This document shows positions 26,163 through 39,721 of a DNA stretch of 64,000 nucleotides, one piece after another; position 1 is the first letter of the stretch, and each line of letters opens with the position of its first letter. A model generated the notes under the pieces. The model was not told where the DNA came from. It saw only the letters and a list, made by a program, of their open reading frames with translations, and searched no databases. The DNA comes from Phallusia mammillata (lineage: Eukaryota): assembly GCA_965637545.1 (NCBI GenBank), contig OZ281494.1, forward strand, positions 7,874,001-7,938,000, in the 5' to 3' direction. Position numbers and translations under genes: made by a program.

Positions 26163-29100
26163 ATGGTAGGAATGTATTGCTTGGCAAAGGCGGCGTTGTG
26201 TTTCTTTCTCATGTTACTACTCAGAAGTGAAGAGGTGAGAAAATATTTTAAACGAAAAATATGCCAGTCAAAACTACATTCTTCACCTGCATATATGAAA
26301 TGCATCAAAAAAAACTAAACCAATCTTTAGGTGTTCGCGGTAAATCCGGACGTAAAGAAAAGCGCTACAACCAACCCTTGTCCTCATCTCCACGTTAGTG
26401 GGATGGTTCTTTTCCAGTTCTTTGACAAAAAAGGAAAGTCGAAGCAATGTTGTGGGTGTCTCAGAGACCAGTATGTTGCAGTGCCATGCAGGTAAAATAA
26501 TTGGTTTGACGTAAATCACACGTCAGAAATTGCAAGTGCTTGCTTAAAATGAGAAACTTTTAGCGAAACTCTACATTGCGGGTTGGGTTTGATGACAATG
26601 TTTTTTTTTAACTTTTTTTAATTCGAGGTTTGAATTATGCCCGTTTTGGAAAACGTTTTGTTCTCAGCAACGAACACATTTCTACTTGTATGCCATGTTT
26701 GTCGGGAACAGAACTAAATGCAAACGTTCATGGCAATGGAATGGAAGCTTGCACACAAATCCCGATTACATCGCCACCTGCAGTTATTCTGGATAATCAA
26801 AAGTGAGTTTAGCAAAAGTACTAGTAATAAACTAACAACTAACACTTTAACGTTTAACTATTGTATGTTCCGATCCTAAAACACATATATATTTGAGTTT
26901 CACTTTACTTTTTTTTTGCTTTTTCTCTTTCCCTGCAGCCTATCCATCCGCTTTTGGCATGCAAAGTTAGGTAATTTGGATGAAACTTTTCAGATAGTAA
27001 ATATAGAGCCATAGATGGGCGATCAGTTTTGTTTACATTTCCATGCTGTTTATTATCCACAACCAAAGGTGTCTGACCATAGGTGAACTTATTTCGTTGG
27101 AAATATGATAGCTGTGAAGGCGGTGAACTGTTTGTTTTATGTATAGGTAAACCATCATGAAGTAGTTTCATACGTCACACGCAACAAATTTTTTTTAACA
27201 GAACAGTAAAACCTCTATTCGACCCAGCAACACAAGCATGTGCCTTCCTGTAAATCAGTAGTTCTCAATCTTATACGGATCGCGTACCACCTGACTACCT
27301 TTTCTATCGATGCGTACCACCTAAACCAGTGCTTCTCAACCATTTTGTAGTCACGGACCCCTTTTATAGATTATATAGGTCTGCGGCCACCAACGTAATT
27401 TACCGCAGGTCTTTTATGTTTTACGTTTCCTGCATTAGCAATTTAATTGACCTTCACAGTCCTTTAATTTCAACGTATTGGAGCGGTCATCACACAAAAA
27501 TGATCAATTTTCTGGTTTATATAACTTGACACAACACTTTTGTGTGTGTTATGATGTCATAATGGGGAAAACAATCACAAAAAGTAATTGCCCTTGGTCC
27601 AATTAATGTGTGATAAACAATTTCCACTTGTATGCAGGATTGTAAAAAGGTTTAGGAAACTTAAAAATATTTTTCTGTTGGAAATAATACTAAAGATATT
27701 TGCCTCCATGGATCCCCTGAAACTATCTCACGGACCCCTTGGGGGTCCGCGAAGAGCGAGTCCCTGTTGGGAACCACTGATCTTGTTTGAATGGATAGAC
27801 CAAGAAATAGACCCATTTCCTCGACCTGGCATATTTAGCTATTTCAAAAGAATGTCTAAAACAGGGCTTTTTAAACTGTGGGTCGCGACCCCAATTGGGA
27901 ATATAATTTTGGGGTCGCGAAACATTTTGCGTTATTATGTCAGTCACAATAAATGGTATACGTTTTACATTTGTTGTTTACCAAACCAGCGATGCACAAC
28001 CATGCGGCCGTACAGAAACAAGTCAAACTGCTCTAAACACATTTATCTTAAAGGAGTATTACCATCCAAGTAGCCATATGCACCAGACTTTTTTTAAGTC
28101 TATTGTGTGCAAACAATGCGAAAAAGCAGATAACACAAGCTTCACCATACAGATTATGACGTCATTAAAGCTAAGACAGTCAATTTGTGTGTCAAGTTAG
28201 AAATTAATTTAGGCTTTTTAAGCGCCATTAGATAGTATATGTATATATATATATAAATATATAATATAAGTATTTCTTCACATCAGTAATTTTGAAAAGC
28301 AAGCAGGCAATGCGGCCGCTGTTGAAATAAAAATCTGTGATGCGGCGTCATTGCAAAAAGGTTGTGCACTCCTGGGCTAAACCCATCAAGGGGTCGCGTA
28401 AAAATTTTGTTTTAAAATGGGGTCGCAGAGCACGAAAGTTTGAGTAGCCCTGGTCTAAAACACGAGTTTCGTCCAAACCAGGGCTGATCAGTTGGGTCAG
28501 TTGAGTTGCAATTTTAGTTTGGACTTTTATCAGGTATCACAGAAATCTACTCGCGTACCACCTGAAAGGCCCTGACGTACCACTAGTGGTACGCGTACCA
28601 CAGTTTGAGAACCACTGCTGTAAATGAATAATTGACAAGTTTGCGGAAATGCATTCCCGGGGACCCAAGAGTTATAACGCAATATAGAGGCAATTAAGCG
28701 CACTTCGGACCGCCACAATTAAAACGAAACTGACAAACCGTGCTGTGGAGTAAATCGACAACACTGTTCACAATAAAAGCTGTGTTTGTAACTAGAAGGG
28801 TGGCTTAGCACATATTGCCCTTGCATATACACTATAACCTATTTTAAAACATAAATATATGTCCTATTCTTAATTTGTATTGGGTCCCATATTAGTCACC
28901 GTCTTTTATAACCTTAGTCGTTTCTGCAGGCAAAAACTCATGGGTCCCCCACACATGCAAAGTTGAAAATAATGCAATTCAAGAGATAACCATGAGAAAG
29001 TCGGGTGTTGTAAGGTAAAACAAAAACTGACTCGAGCGGGGTAAATAATGGGGTTAACAACAAAAACAAAGTGGGATGCACATCTACATAACTATATCTA

Positions 29101-31566
29101 CCATCTGTGTAAATTTCTGCCAAATCCATCAAACATTTGATGGAAAAACGTGTCGGACAAACTTTGGGGGAAAAATACCCATTTTAGGGGACTAGCGGGG
29201 TAAATACCAAAAACGTGGGATGCACATTTACATAACTATATCCATCATCTGTTTAAATTTCATCAAACATTTGATGGAAAAACGAGTCGGACAAACTTTG
29301 GGAAGAAAAAAAAGAAGAGAAATAACAAACAATTTGAGTAAAATCACTATGTAACCCCTTCAGGGAAGGGGACACATAAAAATAGCTATGTACTTACGCA
29401 ACTAAAAGTCACCGGGTACGCCAATCACTTTTCGCATATTATGCCAACAGAAACCACCACAAACAAACCAGTGAAATTCCTAACACAGACCTTAACACGA
29501 CTCCACCAACACAAACACAACAGCCAGATGCACTACCGCCAGGTTAGTTACGTTATTAAAAGAAAACAAACCAGACTTTTTTTTAACAAACCAGACCAAA
29601 AATTGCCTAAACTGATCTATCTACACAGAGAAAGACAAAACCAAGATTGTTGTCGATTGGGTTACCATCATTTTTATTGTTGCTGTTGCTCTTGCTGTTT
29701 TGGTGACTTTTGTCGTAATTAAGTGGAAGGACAGGTTCTGTCTCAATCAGGTAGAAAACAAATCTCTGAGTAATAATACAGAGCAATAAAATCCCTTTTT
29801 TACACACACAGAATGGTGTCGCAGCGGACAAAGCACCCGAAAGGTAAGCAAAAAGCCTAAATAAATTAAACGAAGTGCGATTATGAATAATGGGTTTACT
29901 TTGTATTAAGGCGTAAGTGCAAACTACTTAAAATTTAAAACCAGTAGAAAAACATAGTATCTTCTGTGTGCTTGATGTTCTCATAATTTCTCACGTTGAA
30001 AATGTTGAACATTCTTTTTCAGAGTTGAAGGTTCAAGAGAAGACATAGAAACCAGTTTTAGTCTGAAACCTGACGAAGCTAAACCTCCAAACCAGGTCGG
30101 ATGCGCCAGTTTCAACACACAAGACGAAACCACACCCGCTTTGAGGTAAGGTAAACAACAGGCCCCATTGAATGTGGAGTCTCAGTTCCTCTTGCAATGT
30201 GCATAACAGTTTACCTTGTTTGACTTGTTTCCTTACCTGAAATCTTATGCGACAAATTAGTTTTAAACAACAGGGTTTAATACTTATCTAAGTAACAGAT
30301 TTGTTTTTATTTATATACGTGCTTATCTTTTAAATTAACTTAAAAGCTTGAGAAAATTTATTTATATACGTGCTTATCTTTTAAATTAACTTAAAAGCTT
30401 GTAGCATATTTGTTTCTGCACCGAAACACAATGTTGAACAAAAGTCGTCTTGTAAATCCACATCCTCTTCTAAGTTTAAAACAACTGCATTTTTTACAGC
30501 AAGAGCAAGGCACCAAAGCCAACCAAAGAAAAGCTTTCCACAAAAGCTGCAGAGGAGGAAAGCGAACAATGTGAGTCTCTGCTTGCCACAACACACGACG
30601 AGCCTGCATCCAAACTCAACGCCATTGGTGATGGGGATTACTCTGCCCTTATCCGCGAACCGGATCCACCAGAAAGACTATCAGTGAGCAATTCCCATGA
30701 TCTGGCTGGAGATGGGCCTACAGCTGAAAGACAGATGCCACTACAGATCGAACAAAGGGATGGTGCATCTCTTGACATACCAGGACATTCAAACATGATA
30801 GATATGGAGCATGGTGGTGCTGGTAATCCTGGACCACCAATTCAAAGAGGTTCTGCACAACTACAGATGGTACAAAACACAAATCAGAACATAAGAGAGC
30901 GGGAAATTAAAAGGCGTAAGTAAAAACCAATTTAATGATTGGGCAATAAATAAATCTTATGTCAATTTTCAAGTATTTTTTCACGTAAAATCTGAAGAAC
31001 AATATACAATGGCCAAACCATGTCAGTTTATTGCAAAACACAAATTGTTAATTTTCAGTTGAACGAGCCGAAAATGACGTGCTACATTCCAAAACCACTC
31101 CGGTTTTTCATTATGACGTGGTAAGACTTCTCAGTCACTTTCAAGTGCCAGAAAACACGAAGGAGAGGTTGGCAAATGAGTACAATAATGGTACGTGATG
31201 ATTTAGTCGTAAATCTATTTACGGAAAATTTTTGATGCAAAACGAAGAAAATATATGCAATGTCACGGTTTGAACTATGAAACGTGTTTTGTATTTAATC
31301 CGTCTTCACTGACAAGAAGTTAAAAAAATCTAAATTCGTGTCAATAAACATAAGTAAAACGCTATACGCTAAAAAAATGCGTTGACTAGTAACAGATTTT
31401 TCATCCAGACAGAAATCCTTTGTTGTACCTCTACAATGCCATGAAAGAAGTTCGCAAGAACTCAGACAACGTTACGGTGGAAATACTCATCGAATACTGG
31501 AGGGAGAATGGATTGACAGAAATGGCAAGATATGTCGCTGACAAAATGGGCATTAATATCGCTTAA
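26163..31566 (+). CDS. g4: TNFR-like death-domain receptor, closest paralog of g3 (~480 aa, 10 exons)
   Basis: Exons 26163-26234, 26331-26491, 26668-26802, 29451-29542, 29629-29750, 29812-29843, 30023-30145, 30500-30915, 31059-31190 (132 nt), 31409-31566; 1443 nt in frame. CRD NPCPHL..QCCGCLRDQYVAVPC|..TCMPCLSGT..H..C; TM WVTIIFIVAVALAVLVTFVVI; DD exons about 62-64% identical to g3 by hand alignment. Confidence 0.87.
27327..27779. mobile_element. Nested Charlie-like MITE
   Basis: TIR-like CAGTGCTTCTCAAC / GTTGGGAACCACTG; flanks do not match, so the TSD is lost. Confidence 0.7.
27862..28452. mobile_element. Nested hAT MITE containing a (TA)n tract
   Basis: TIR CAGGGCT..AAAC / GTTT..AGCCCTG; perfect TSD GTCTAAAA; GGGGTCGCG subterminal repeats; TA microsatellite ~28237-28268. 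Confidence 0.88.
28936..29382 (+). mobile_element. Helentron/HINE (DINE-1-like) non-autonomous element, tentative
   Basis: Two internal copies of a ~130-150-bp core (GCGGGGTAAATA..GGGATGCACAT..AAATTTC..ATCAAACATTTGATGGAAAAACG.GTCGGACAAACTTTGGG) and a perfect 3' hairpin CCCCTTC-AGG-GAAGGGG at 29355-29371. This architecture resembles HINEs; subTIRs were not identified. Confidence 0.5.
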
Positions 31567-32059
31567 ACATCGTGACAATGCTAGTATGTGTTTTTTTAAT
31601 GTAAGCAAAAAAACTAGGGTTTCTTCTAATCTACCTATTCCGGCCGAATACTCGTAGCACTTCAAACTTAAGGTTTAACAAATTAGGTATGCGACTTTTC
31701 ATATTTGGCTTATCTGTTTAAACGACAGTTCAATGGCTTCCAAAATTTCGTGTCTAAAATCCATTGACCTATCCATGTTTGTGCATCAATTGTGTAAATG
31801 CGAAATCCACATGCTCAAAATTTACAACCCAAGCCGGCTGCATTGCCTCTAAAATAGTTACCTAAAGGTATGTTGTTAAATGAGCAGTTGGCTTATCTTC
31901 TTTATACACAACAGTGCTGGATTTTAGGCATGTGAATTTCGACATTTACACAACCACGTATAAATTGTTTGATATTTGTCTTTCGTCATATTTAGAACGC
32001 AAAACAAAACAATTATGCGCATAAAGAAGCATCAAAAAGATGTGTTGAATCACTTCACT

Positions 32060-32545
32060 AATATACATCTGCACCACCTTGATATGGGGTGACAGAAAAA
32101 AAACGAAACAAAAAGGCCACTTATGTAAAAAAATAACAGTTAAACCTGTAAACTTCAGGCGAAACTACGTCGGAAAGCATGTGCCAAATGATGTCACATT
32201 TACTAACATCTGCACCACCAAAGAATGGGGGTGACAAAAAAAAACAAAACAGCCACTTATGTTTAGTGCGCCAAAAATAATTGTTAAACCTCTAAGTTCA
32301 GGTCAAACTTCTTCGAAAAACATGTGTCAAATGATGTCACATTTACAGATACTTCTGCACCACCTAGATAAGGGGTGACAGAAATCTACAAAAAAGCCAC
32401 TTATGTTTAGTGCGCCAAAAATAATTGCAAACCTGTAGAAGGCAGGTGAAGCAAAGAAAAAGTTATGTGTCAAGTTGAGACACGTTTCTACTAACTTACA
32501 TCTGCACCACGTAAAAAGGGGGTGACAGAAATCTACAAAAAAGCG
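32060..32545. repeat. Degenerate tandem repeat, ~3.5 x 141-147 bp, downstream of g4
   Basis: CTGCACCAC...GGGGTGACA motif starting at 32069, 32210, 32355 and 32502. Confidence 0.9.
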
Positions 32546-35500
32546 GTACCTTGAGTGCTACGCTTACATGAGTTAAACCAAGTGGAACTACTACCCTTGG
32601 TTGTGGCGGCCGAAGTTAAAAGCCGCAATACCTAAAAAATGATTTGCTGTTATACGACTTGAAAAAAGTCAGTAAATTATCAGCAGTAAGATACGAAAAG
32701 TATGAAAAGAAGTGATAACATCTTGATTGCTTCGCGAATACGCGCATAATTATGTTTTGTAAACATGTATATATGTCTTGTTTTTGTCTATGTCAGTAAC
32801 CAAAGTTGCTCTGATTTGCCTTATCAACAACATGGCAGTTGTCGCAACATGAATGCATTTCTCCCGTAGACGTAGTAAAAAGCGCTTTACCAGTTAATTG
32901 TGGTAATGTGACTCAATCGTTAGATTTACTATACTTTGCCGACCCAACAGAAAAATTGATCGCGTATATGTTATTTGGTTGATTGTTACTGCATTCGAAT
33001 TATCATGTGTAGCCAAACTGTTTCAAAACAATTTGTGTAGCCCCATTGAAAGTGTACATATTGAGAAATAAACTGATACGTGATCATATATGACATTTTC
33101 TAGTTTCTATCAGCAGGCAGCCAGCGACTTGTAAGAGTCCGCTTAACAACAAAGGCTTGGTTCCTTTCATTGTTGAGATGATGCAACTTTCGTCGCGTGT
33201 GGCGAAAGGCGCCTACGGAAAATCACGAACAAAGCCAGACATCGCTGGCCGCGATTGACTTAAAAAAAGAAAAGAATGTGTGACGTACCCCGTCAGTTGA
33301 CCTTGGGTTCGTTTGGAAAACACCTTGAAGGTCGCTTTCCTTCGTATGTTAAAGTCAGGCAACCTTTACTCGCATGTGTGTTTGAACAAAGGGATAAAGA
33401 ACATATTTGTGAGGTTATCAATACAATGCGTGTTGTTACTATGAAACACATCAAATTGTAACAATTCCAAGATTCAACAAACTCACTTAGCACTTGGCGT
33501 GAACAACAACCCTAAACAATAGCGGGAAATAAATAGGTTTGAAAACATGTAACGTTTAACATCCATAGCGGTTTATATGTGAGCTCTGACTATTTAACAA
33601 CCAAGCTAAAATACGTTAGGATGCACAGGAAGTACAAGCTCCCTTCACATAAACGTCAGCACCAGCATGTAGGCTTGGTAATATGTTATGTTTCAGCTAT
33701 CAGTAAACGATAAGAAACTTCGAAAGTAAAAGAGGAACTACAAGACCTCGTAAGTGGCTTAAACCAACGGGGATGACTCGGCAATTTTCGCTTGAAATTT
33801 GTTTATGTTGCAACCAGTGGCGGTTTGTGGATAAGTATTGTGTAACGGCAGAAACCTATATTTTTACTTGATGTTGATGATGAAATTCAGTATGAGCAGA
33901 GTCTTTTTTATTTCTAGTTTGACAATGTACAATCACTAACTTAATACCAGTATCCACCCTACAGTTCAGACAAGCGTTGCAACTTTGACAGAAAATCTAC
34001 TAACATAGGAACTCGCATCAGTCAAGCTTGGTAAATGCCGATTGATGACGCAAAGAACACTTGTGATTTCTACAACATATTTCTGTGCAAATGCTGACGG
34101 TTAGGGCTATTTGAGTTGGGGTGAGACTTCATAATAAAAATAACATTTATAATAATTTACTAGTGCCAGTGCTCATTACGCCATCTATCGGTATTAGCAA
34201 AACTTTTCTGATGTGAGTTGTTTTTCTACCCCAGATATTTCAATTACCAGCTACACAGGCATATGGTTATGCACTAAATTTCAAGTTTTAGTTTTAATTT
34301 TATTTTATAATAAAACCTTTAGCCCGACCCAAAGCCCCAGCTGTCAACATTTCCAAAGAATTTTGCTCTCATAATTCGCCAATCTTTTAGTGCCATATAT
34401 CAGTAAATCAAACTTTGTTTGATAAGAGCTCTCGCTTGAGTAGGTTTTTCGAGTTCTACAGGCAAACAGCTCGACTTTGATAGTTCCAAACAATGTAAAG
34501 CACCGTCGCTCCGAGAGTAAAAAGAAAGAGCAGCGGAGAATAGTAGACAAAGAGCTCATTTGCTCTGGCGGAAAAAAAGAGTGAGGTAGCACTGTCGATT
34601 TCAAATTACTGAAGGTTTGCACAAAGGTAAACAACAAAAGTAGACTTACTTGAATGACAAGTATCATTTACATTATTTAGAATTTAGATTATAGTGAGTA
34701 AAAATTGTGTAATTTGTATTTTTACGATTTTGTAAGTCTCTTCCGGGTTGTTTTTTCTTTTGACATACAATTAAAACAAAACTATTTTTTCTTTGAAATA
34801 ACCGAGCAGACACTCGTTAACGCGAAAAACGTTATTAAAAGTTGGGATGGCACCTTTAAAACAAAATACCTTTAATGTCCGATTCAAGTGTGTTGCATTA
34901 AAACGAAACAATTACAAATAACTGCAGCAACGCTCGAAACTTAAACCAGCGCATGCGTCAATTTCACAACTGTTAAATAAGCAAACGTTTATTTAGGCTT
35001 TATAAATAACTTTTAGGGCACTTTAACTGCGGCCATTACCAACATTCGCCAACTATTATGTCTAGACTACAAACGTTGACAATGCAGGCAGCGAAGCAGA
35101 GCGAACTAGAAAATCTATTTTAGGACAAATTTCACCAGGGGAATACCCGCATTGTGCCTTCGGTGATTTTAAGGCTCGTGTGGCGCAACGTGATTGGTCG
35201 ATCAAACACGCACCATACTCCGTTACAGTTGGTTGCTGACGAAGACTGAAAATCGAAAAGGGGAAGTCGCACAAATGTCAATGTTGTGTCTAACGCAGAC
35301 AGCTTTTGATTTTCAAATTTTAGACTTAATCTTGTAATTGTGTTGCAATAGTTTTATTGTGTTTTGTGGTTCAGCCGAAAGCAGTTAAAACCAAGAAATG
35401 CTACTGTCGGTTCTGCCATTGCCGCTGAGCAGTCTGAGCTTTTCAAATTTTTAACCAGGAAGCTAGAATTGGCAACTGGTGGAAAATTAGGAATGTGTAT

Positions 35501-35983
35501 TATTGGGGAGAAATACCACAACGGATAACTATTATAAACTATTATTAACATAAATTATTGAACAGTAACATTTGCAGCTGCTTTATTGGGAAAGATGCCT
35601 TCGACAGGCATGTTCAGATAGGACGGAAAATACTAATTGCTATCTTACATTTAAAATTCACTACCAGTTTTTTGAACAAGGAAGCAACTGGTGATAGCAA
35701 AAGTACTGTGGAATCTAAGCCTTACTGCAGGGACAGTTTTGCATTGAATATCGAGCTATAACAAAACCTGAATGTAACAAAGAGTTTAAGTTCCTTATTT
35801 GCTCAAACAACTCGACACACTTTGTTCTCCGCCGCGTTGTTAAACCTTCGAGAACTATTAGAGAGAGACCAGACGACAAAAAGCGTGCAGTCTTTGTGTT
35901 TCAACAACACTAACTTGTCTTGTACATTTACATTTGCTCACTAGGTATAGCAATTTTTGCTTAAGCTATTCACTGCGAAAAAG

Positions 35984-38806
35984 ATGCGTTCTGATATTTG
36001 GTCTAAAATCGTTTTGATGCAGTTGCTTGGAAATGCATTTGCACCATTTCTTGTTAAGGTTTGTTACTGTAAAAAGACGACATTTAATCGGCAAAAACCA
36101 TCGCCTGAGGCAACCAAATGTTACTTGTCTCTTAATGATATGTTAAAAACGGCAAATAAAAACAGCAAATAAAACAAAACTAAAGTTAAACTTGCTACTA
36201 CTTAACCTTTGTCAATACGTTGCAACTTTGACATTTTATTACTACCCGCTACTTAATCATTTTCATTTCAAAGTTCCACAGTGTTTAACATAGCGGACCT
36301 TTTACCTTAAAAAAAGGTTTATTTTTTGTTTACTGCTATATTTGCAGGTCGTCGCTGAAGCAAACCATGTCAGGAAACTCTACGGCAACGAGACAGAAGT
36401 TACATCTGGCGCCACTAGCGGAATTCACTTTCCCGAAACATCGACACTGGGGTTTGACTCTACGCGTTATTTTCACGATTGGCGTGACGAAACTGTTTCT
36501 TTAAAGTAAATCGCCACTATATAGCATTTGCACGCCAGTGATACAGTACATCAGCATTGCACGCCGGTGATGCAGTACAGTATTTCTTGCACCCTGGTGG
36601 CTAGTTAGTCGAGCATGCTTTCGATCAGAGAAAACTTTGCGTTGTCGTGATGCATGTTATATATTTCCTTAGAATGGTTTTACACACACAAACAGTGACG
36701 CAATTAGTGTGAAGATTAAACGACTAACCAAAAAGCGTTGTACTAATGCATGTTCTACAAAGACTAAATGTTTTGATATTGTTAAGTGAGATGCAGAATA
36801 AGATGTCTGTATTATGGACTGGCAACAGAAAAACAGTCTACAACTTAAATGTTTGCTCAAAAATATTCGATGCTTGCGTTAAACATTTCGTCTCTGTCAT
36901 GCACAATCGAGACTCGAAAAACAATAAACCATGTTATTTGTTTTACAGAAATCATGCCGTCCAGTCCATAACCAACAAAGATACAGACCAAACTGATGTG
37001 ACAAGCGCAGCAACAATCACAAACACAGATAACCTGACTACCAACGGAACATGCCTGTGTCTTAATGATGCCAACTTCAGAGAGACTTTGGAATACTTTT
37101 TTCACAGTAAGTATTTTAAACAAAAGTGTTAACGCTTGAACAATAAGTCCGTGTAACGTAATTTCTTAAAGAGTAAAAAATAACTTTCAATTCTTCGCCA
37201 CAATTGTGTTCAGCTTGGCAACAAGTAAAACTGCAAACTTGTCATTGAAATTGCTTTAATACATCATATTGTGGCAACCAACCGTGGTCAAAACCACATA
37301 CTACCAGCGTATAATACCGCGTGTATTTTATTTCCGAAACCGATCGCAAAAAGAAGACTACAAAAAAAGCAAAATATTTTCAGGTTTTGTGCGACCCAAT
37401 TGGGGAAAGATCGCAATCGTGCTTCTCATGGTGGCTATGCTTGTCAGCGGTGTATTTCTCGCCATTTACAAGTTCTGCAAGAAACGCGAATTGAAACGGG
37501 TAGAAATTTTACTTAAAACTTCAACATCAAAATACTAGCACTCTCGCACTTTCTTTTTACATGCAGAATCGAACATTGACAGACTCGAACGGACAATCTG
37601 GGACGCAAAACAAATTTCCCACCCAGAGTTTACACGGGACAGTCCAAGAGGCTCCAACAAAAACGTCAGTTTTTACCGTAATTTACTTGTAAAGCAACAT
37701 TTGACAAAGTCTTCGATGTACACACTTACATGCAAAAAAATAATAATTAAAGCCACATTTCAATTACGGTTTATGTGTTATCAGGCCTATCGAATCATTC
37801 GTCGGGACAAGTTTGCCTGGTGTGAGCAGTCGAGTTTGTAACTCTTCTCAAATACTGGTTGGAACAGAAGTTGATTTCTCAGACACAAGCAAGCTGCTAG
37901 CAGATCCCTTTATGGATCAGGCACCACCTGCTCATCCACAAGATTGGACCAACCAAGAACGTTCAGAGGACGAGAACCGATGTTTTGCTGCGGCCACGTA
38001 CCCACAAACACACGAACCAGTTATGTCTATGCAAAGCTTGATAGGTGCAAGTAGGTTACTTTTATATGAATTTTAGAAGCCTCCGGTTCATTCTAAATGA
38101 CACTTTTTGCTCATCGCATTGCCAACAAAGTTGTTGCACTGCAAAAAAAGACCACTACATTGTGCATTAAGTAAAAAAAAAATAATGTTTGTGTTTTTAA
38201 ATCATAAAGCTAAACGTTTACAAATTTTACGAAGACCCCATTGGTAGTATTTGCAAATTTATTTACAATTTACTTCATCATGATTACTTTCATGTAGTGA
38301 AGGTTTTGGAGACTTGCCTGTGGGACCTTGAAAACTCAACAGTTGTTGTTACTCCTGAAATGACCAAGAAATTTGGACAAGCTTTCGACCTTTCGGGAAA
38401 TCAGATTGCGACTTGTGAAGCCAATGCAAGTAAGTAAAGTCTAAGGGAGAAATATCACATTGAAAAAAGGGTTTGATGTTGTCAACGTAATAGTACTCTT
38501 GGTAGGTCGTACTATGTCGGAAATTTATTTTTAATAGAATAACACATGATTAGTTTTGATATAGAATGAAATATACCTCTAACAAATATCTTGGACTTGA
38601 CAATTACCCAAAACTGCATGTATTCGTTTCTAGAGACCAACACCGAATTCTTGGTCAACGTCTTTAAATTCATTCACAACAAGCGTGGACGAGATTTTAC
38701 TCCAGAAATGATGGTAGATTACTTCAAATCAAACGAGCTACGTTTGCTCAGCCAAGTTTTGGAGGCAGCTCTCAACGATAAAGGATATGTACTGTACAAC
38801 CAGTAG
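35984..38806 (+). CDS. g5: CRD-less paralog (Ser/Thr-rich ectodomain, TM, death-domain-like; ~390 aa, 8 exons)
   Basis: Exons 35984-36058, 36348-36505, 36949-37106, 37384-37499, 37567-37664, 37785-38050 (alternative donor 38044), 38298-38429 (132 nt), 38634-38806; in frame. TM IAIVLLMVAMLVSGVFLAIY; DD-like ..EFLVNVFKFIHNKRGRDFTPEMMVDYFKSNELRLLSQVLEAAL. The signal exon and exon-2 donor are the least certain parts. Confidence 0.78.
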
Positions 38807-39721
38807 CTTGCCGCTTAGCTTGTTTACCACCGGCTCCAGGTGTATCTAAGTACATCAGTTCAACAAACAAATTGGGACAAAACGTTTCATGTCGGATATG
38901 ACATTTGAAAGAAGTGTTTAAGTTTAAACGGCCAAAGCTAAACGCAAAGTAGCTAATGTTGAAAAACCTATTCACAAGCAGTAAAAACTTTAGTTTCCAA
39001 GCCTCGAGAAGTACAAAGCCAAGCACAAAGTGTTTGTACTATCGCACATTTTTTGTCAAACATTTGCACCACATTAAAGAAGCAGTCGCAAAATAATTCA
39101 ATCCAGCTAAAAGCAGCAATCCAGAGTTCAATCCAGCTAAAAGCAAATTCCAAACTTTTAGAAAATTATGCAGCATTGCGCTGATACACCATAATTCCAA
39201 AAGTATAACATCTTGCATCCAACTCTTATCCTGTTTTTATGCAAGCCTACGATTCACATAGTGGATGAAGAATAACAAGTCAAAACCAGTTTGTCAACAT
39301 TCGATTTTAGTGGTTATTTGTGATTTCACAAGTGGTAAACTTTAATATAATGTACTGATGCTGTTTGCTTTTTGTAGTGCTTATTTGTACTTGTAAATAT
39401 TGTTTCATACTCTTTGTTTTTATCGCTTTTCTTTTTGTAACATCCTTTTTTGGAAATGCGTTGTAAAATAAACTTTTATTGTCATTATCAGCTTTGTACG
39501 GTGATTTTTGTGCTTGCAGTGAAACAAAACGTTTTTCCAAACTTGTTTCGAGTGATAGAGTGACAATAGTCGGCGCAAAACATACTGTATCTGCAAGCTT
39601 GTAACAGAAAGGGAAAGTGATAATAAAAAAGCAAATGCTTTCGATTGAAAACCGGTAATTTGCGAAAGTGGTATAAACGAGTCAGGTGTTGTGGCTGTAA
39701 AGGCATCGTCATTCTCTAAAT

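Larger units (their letters stand above)
27256..28617. mobile_element. Outer hAT/Charlie MITE carrying nested MITEs, in g4 intron 3
   Basis: TIR CAGTAGTTCTCAA / TTGAGAACCACTG; perfect TSD CTGTAAAT; subterminal CGTACCAC repeats at both ends. Confidence 0.9.

Noticed and set aside
27588-28073. 161-aa plus-strand ORF
   Set aside because: Runs across the junctions of nested MITEs; no transposase motifs.
32060-32545. Repeat-and-spacer look suggesting a CRISPR array
   Set aside because: The whole ~145-bp unit is homologous rather than unique spacers, the context is eukaryotic, and there are no cas genes.
34470-34615. Minus-strand TM-like stretch LFVYYSPLLFLFTLGATVLYIVW with a nearby ATG..CAA|GTAAGT donor
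   Set aside because: The obvious splice lands on a stop codon; no consistent gene model.
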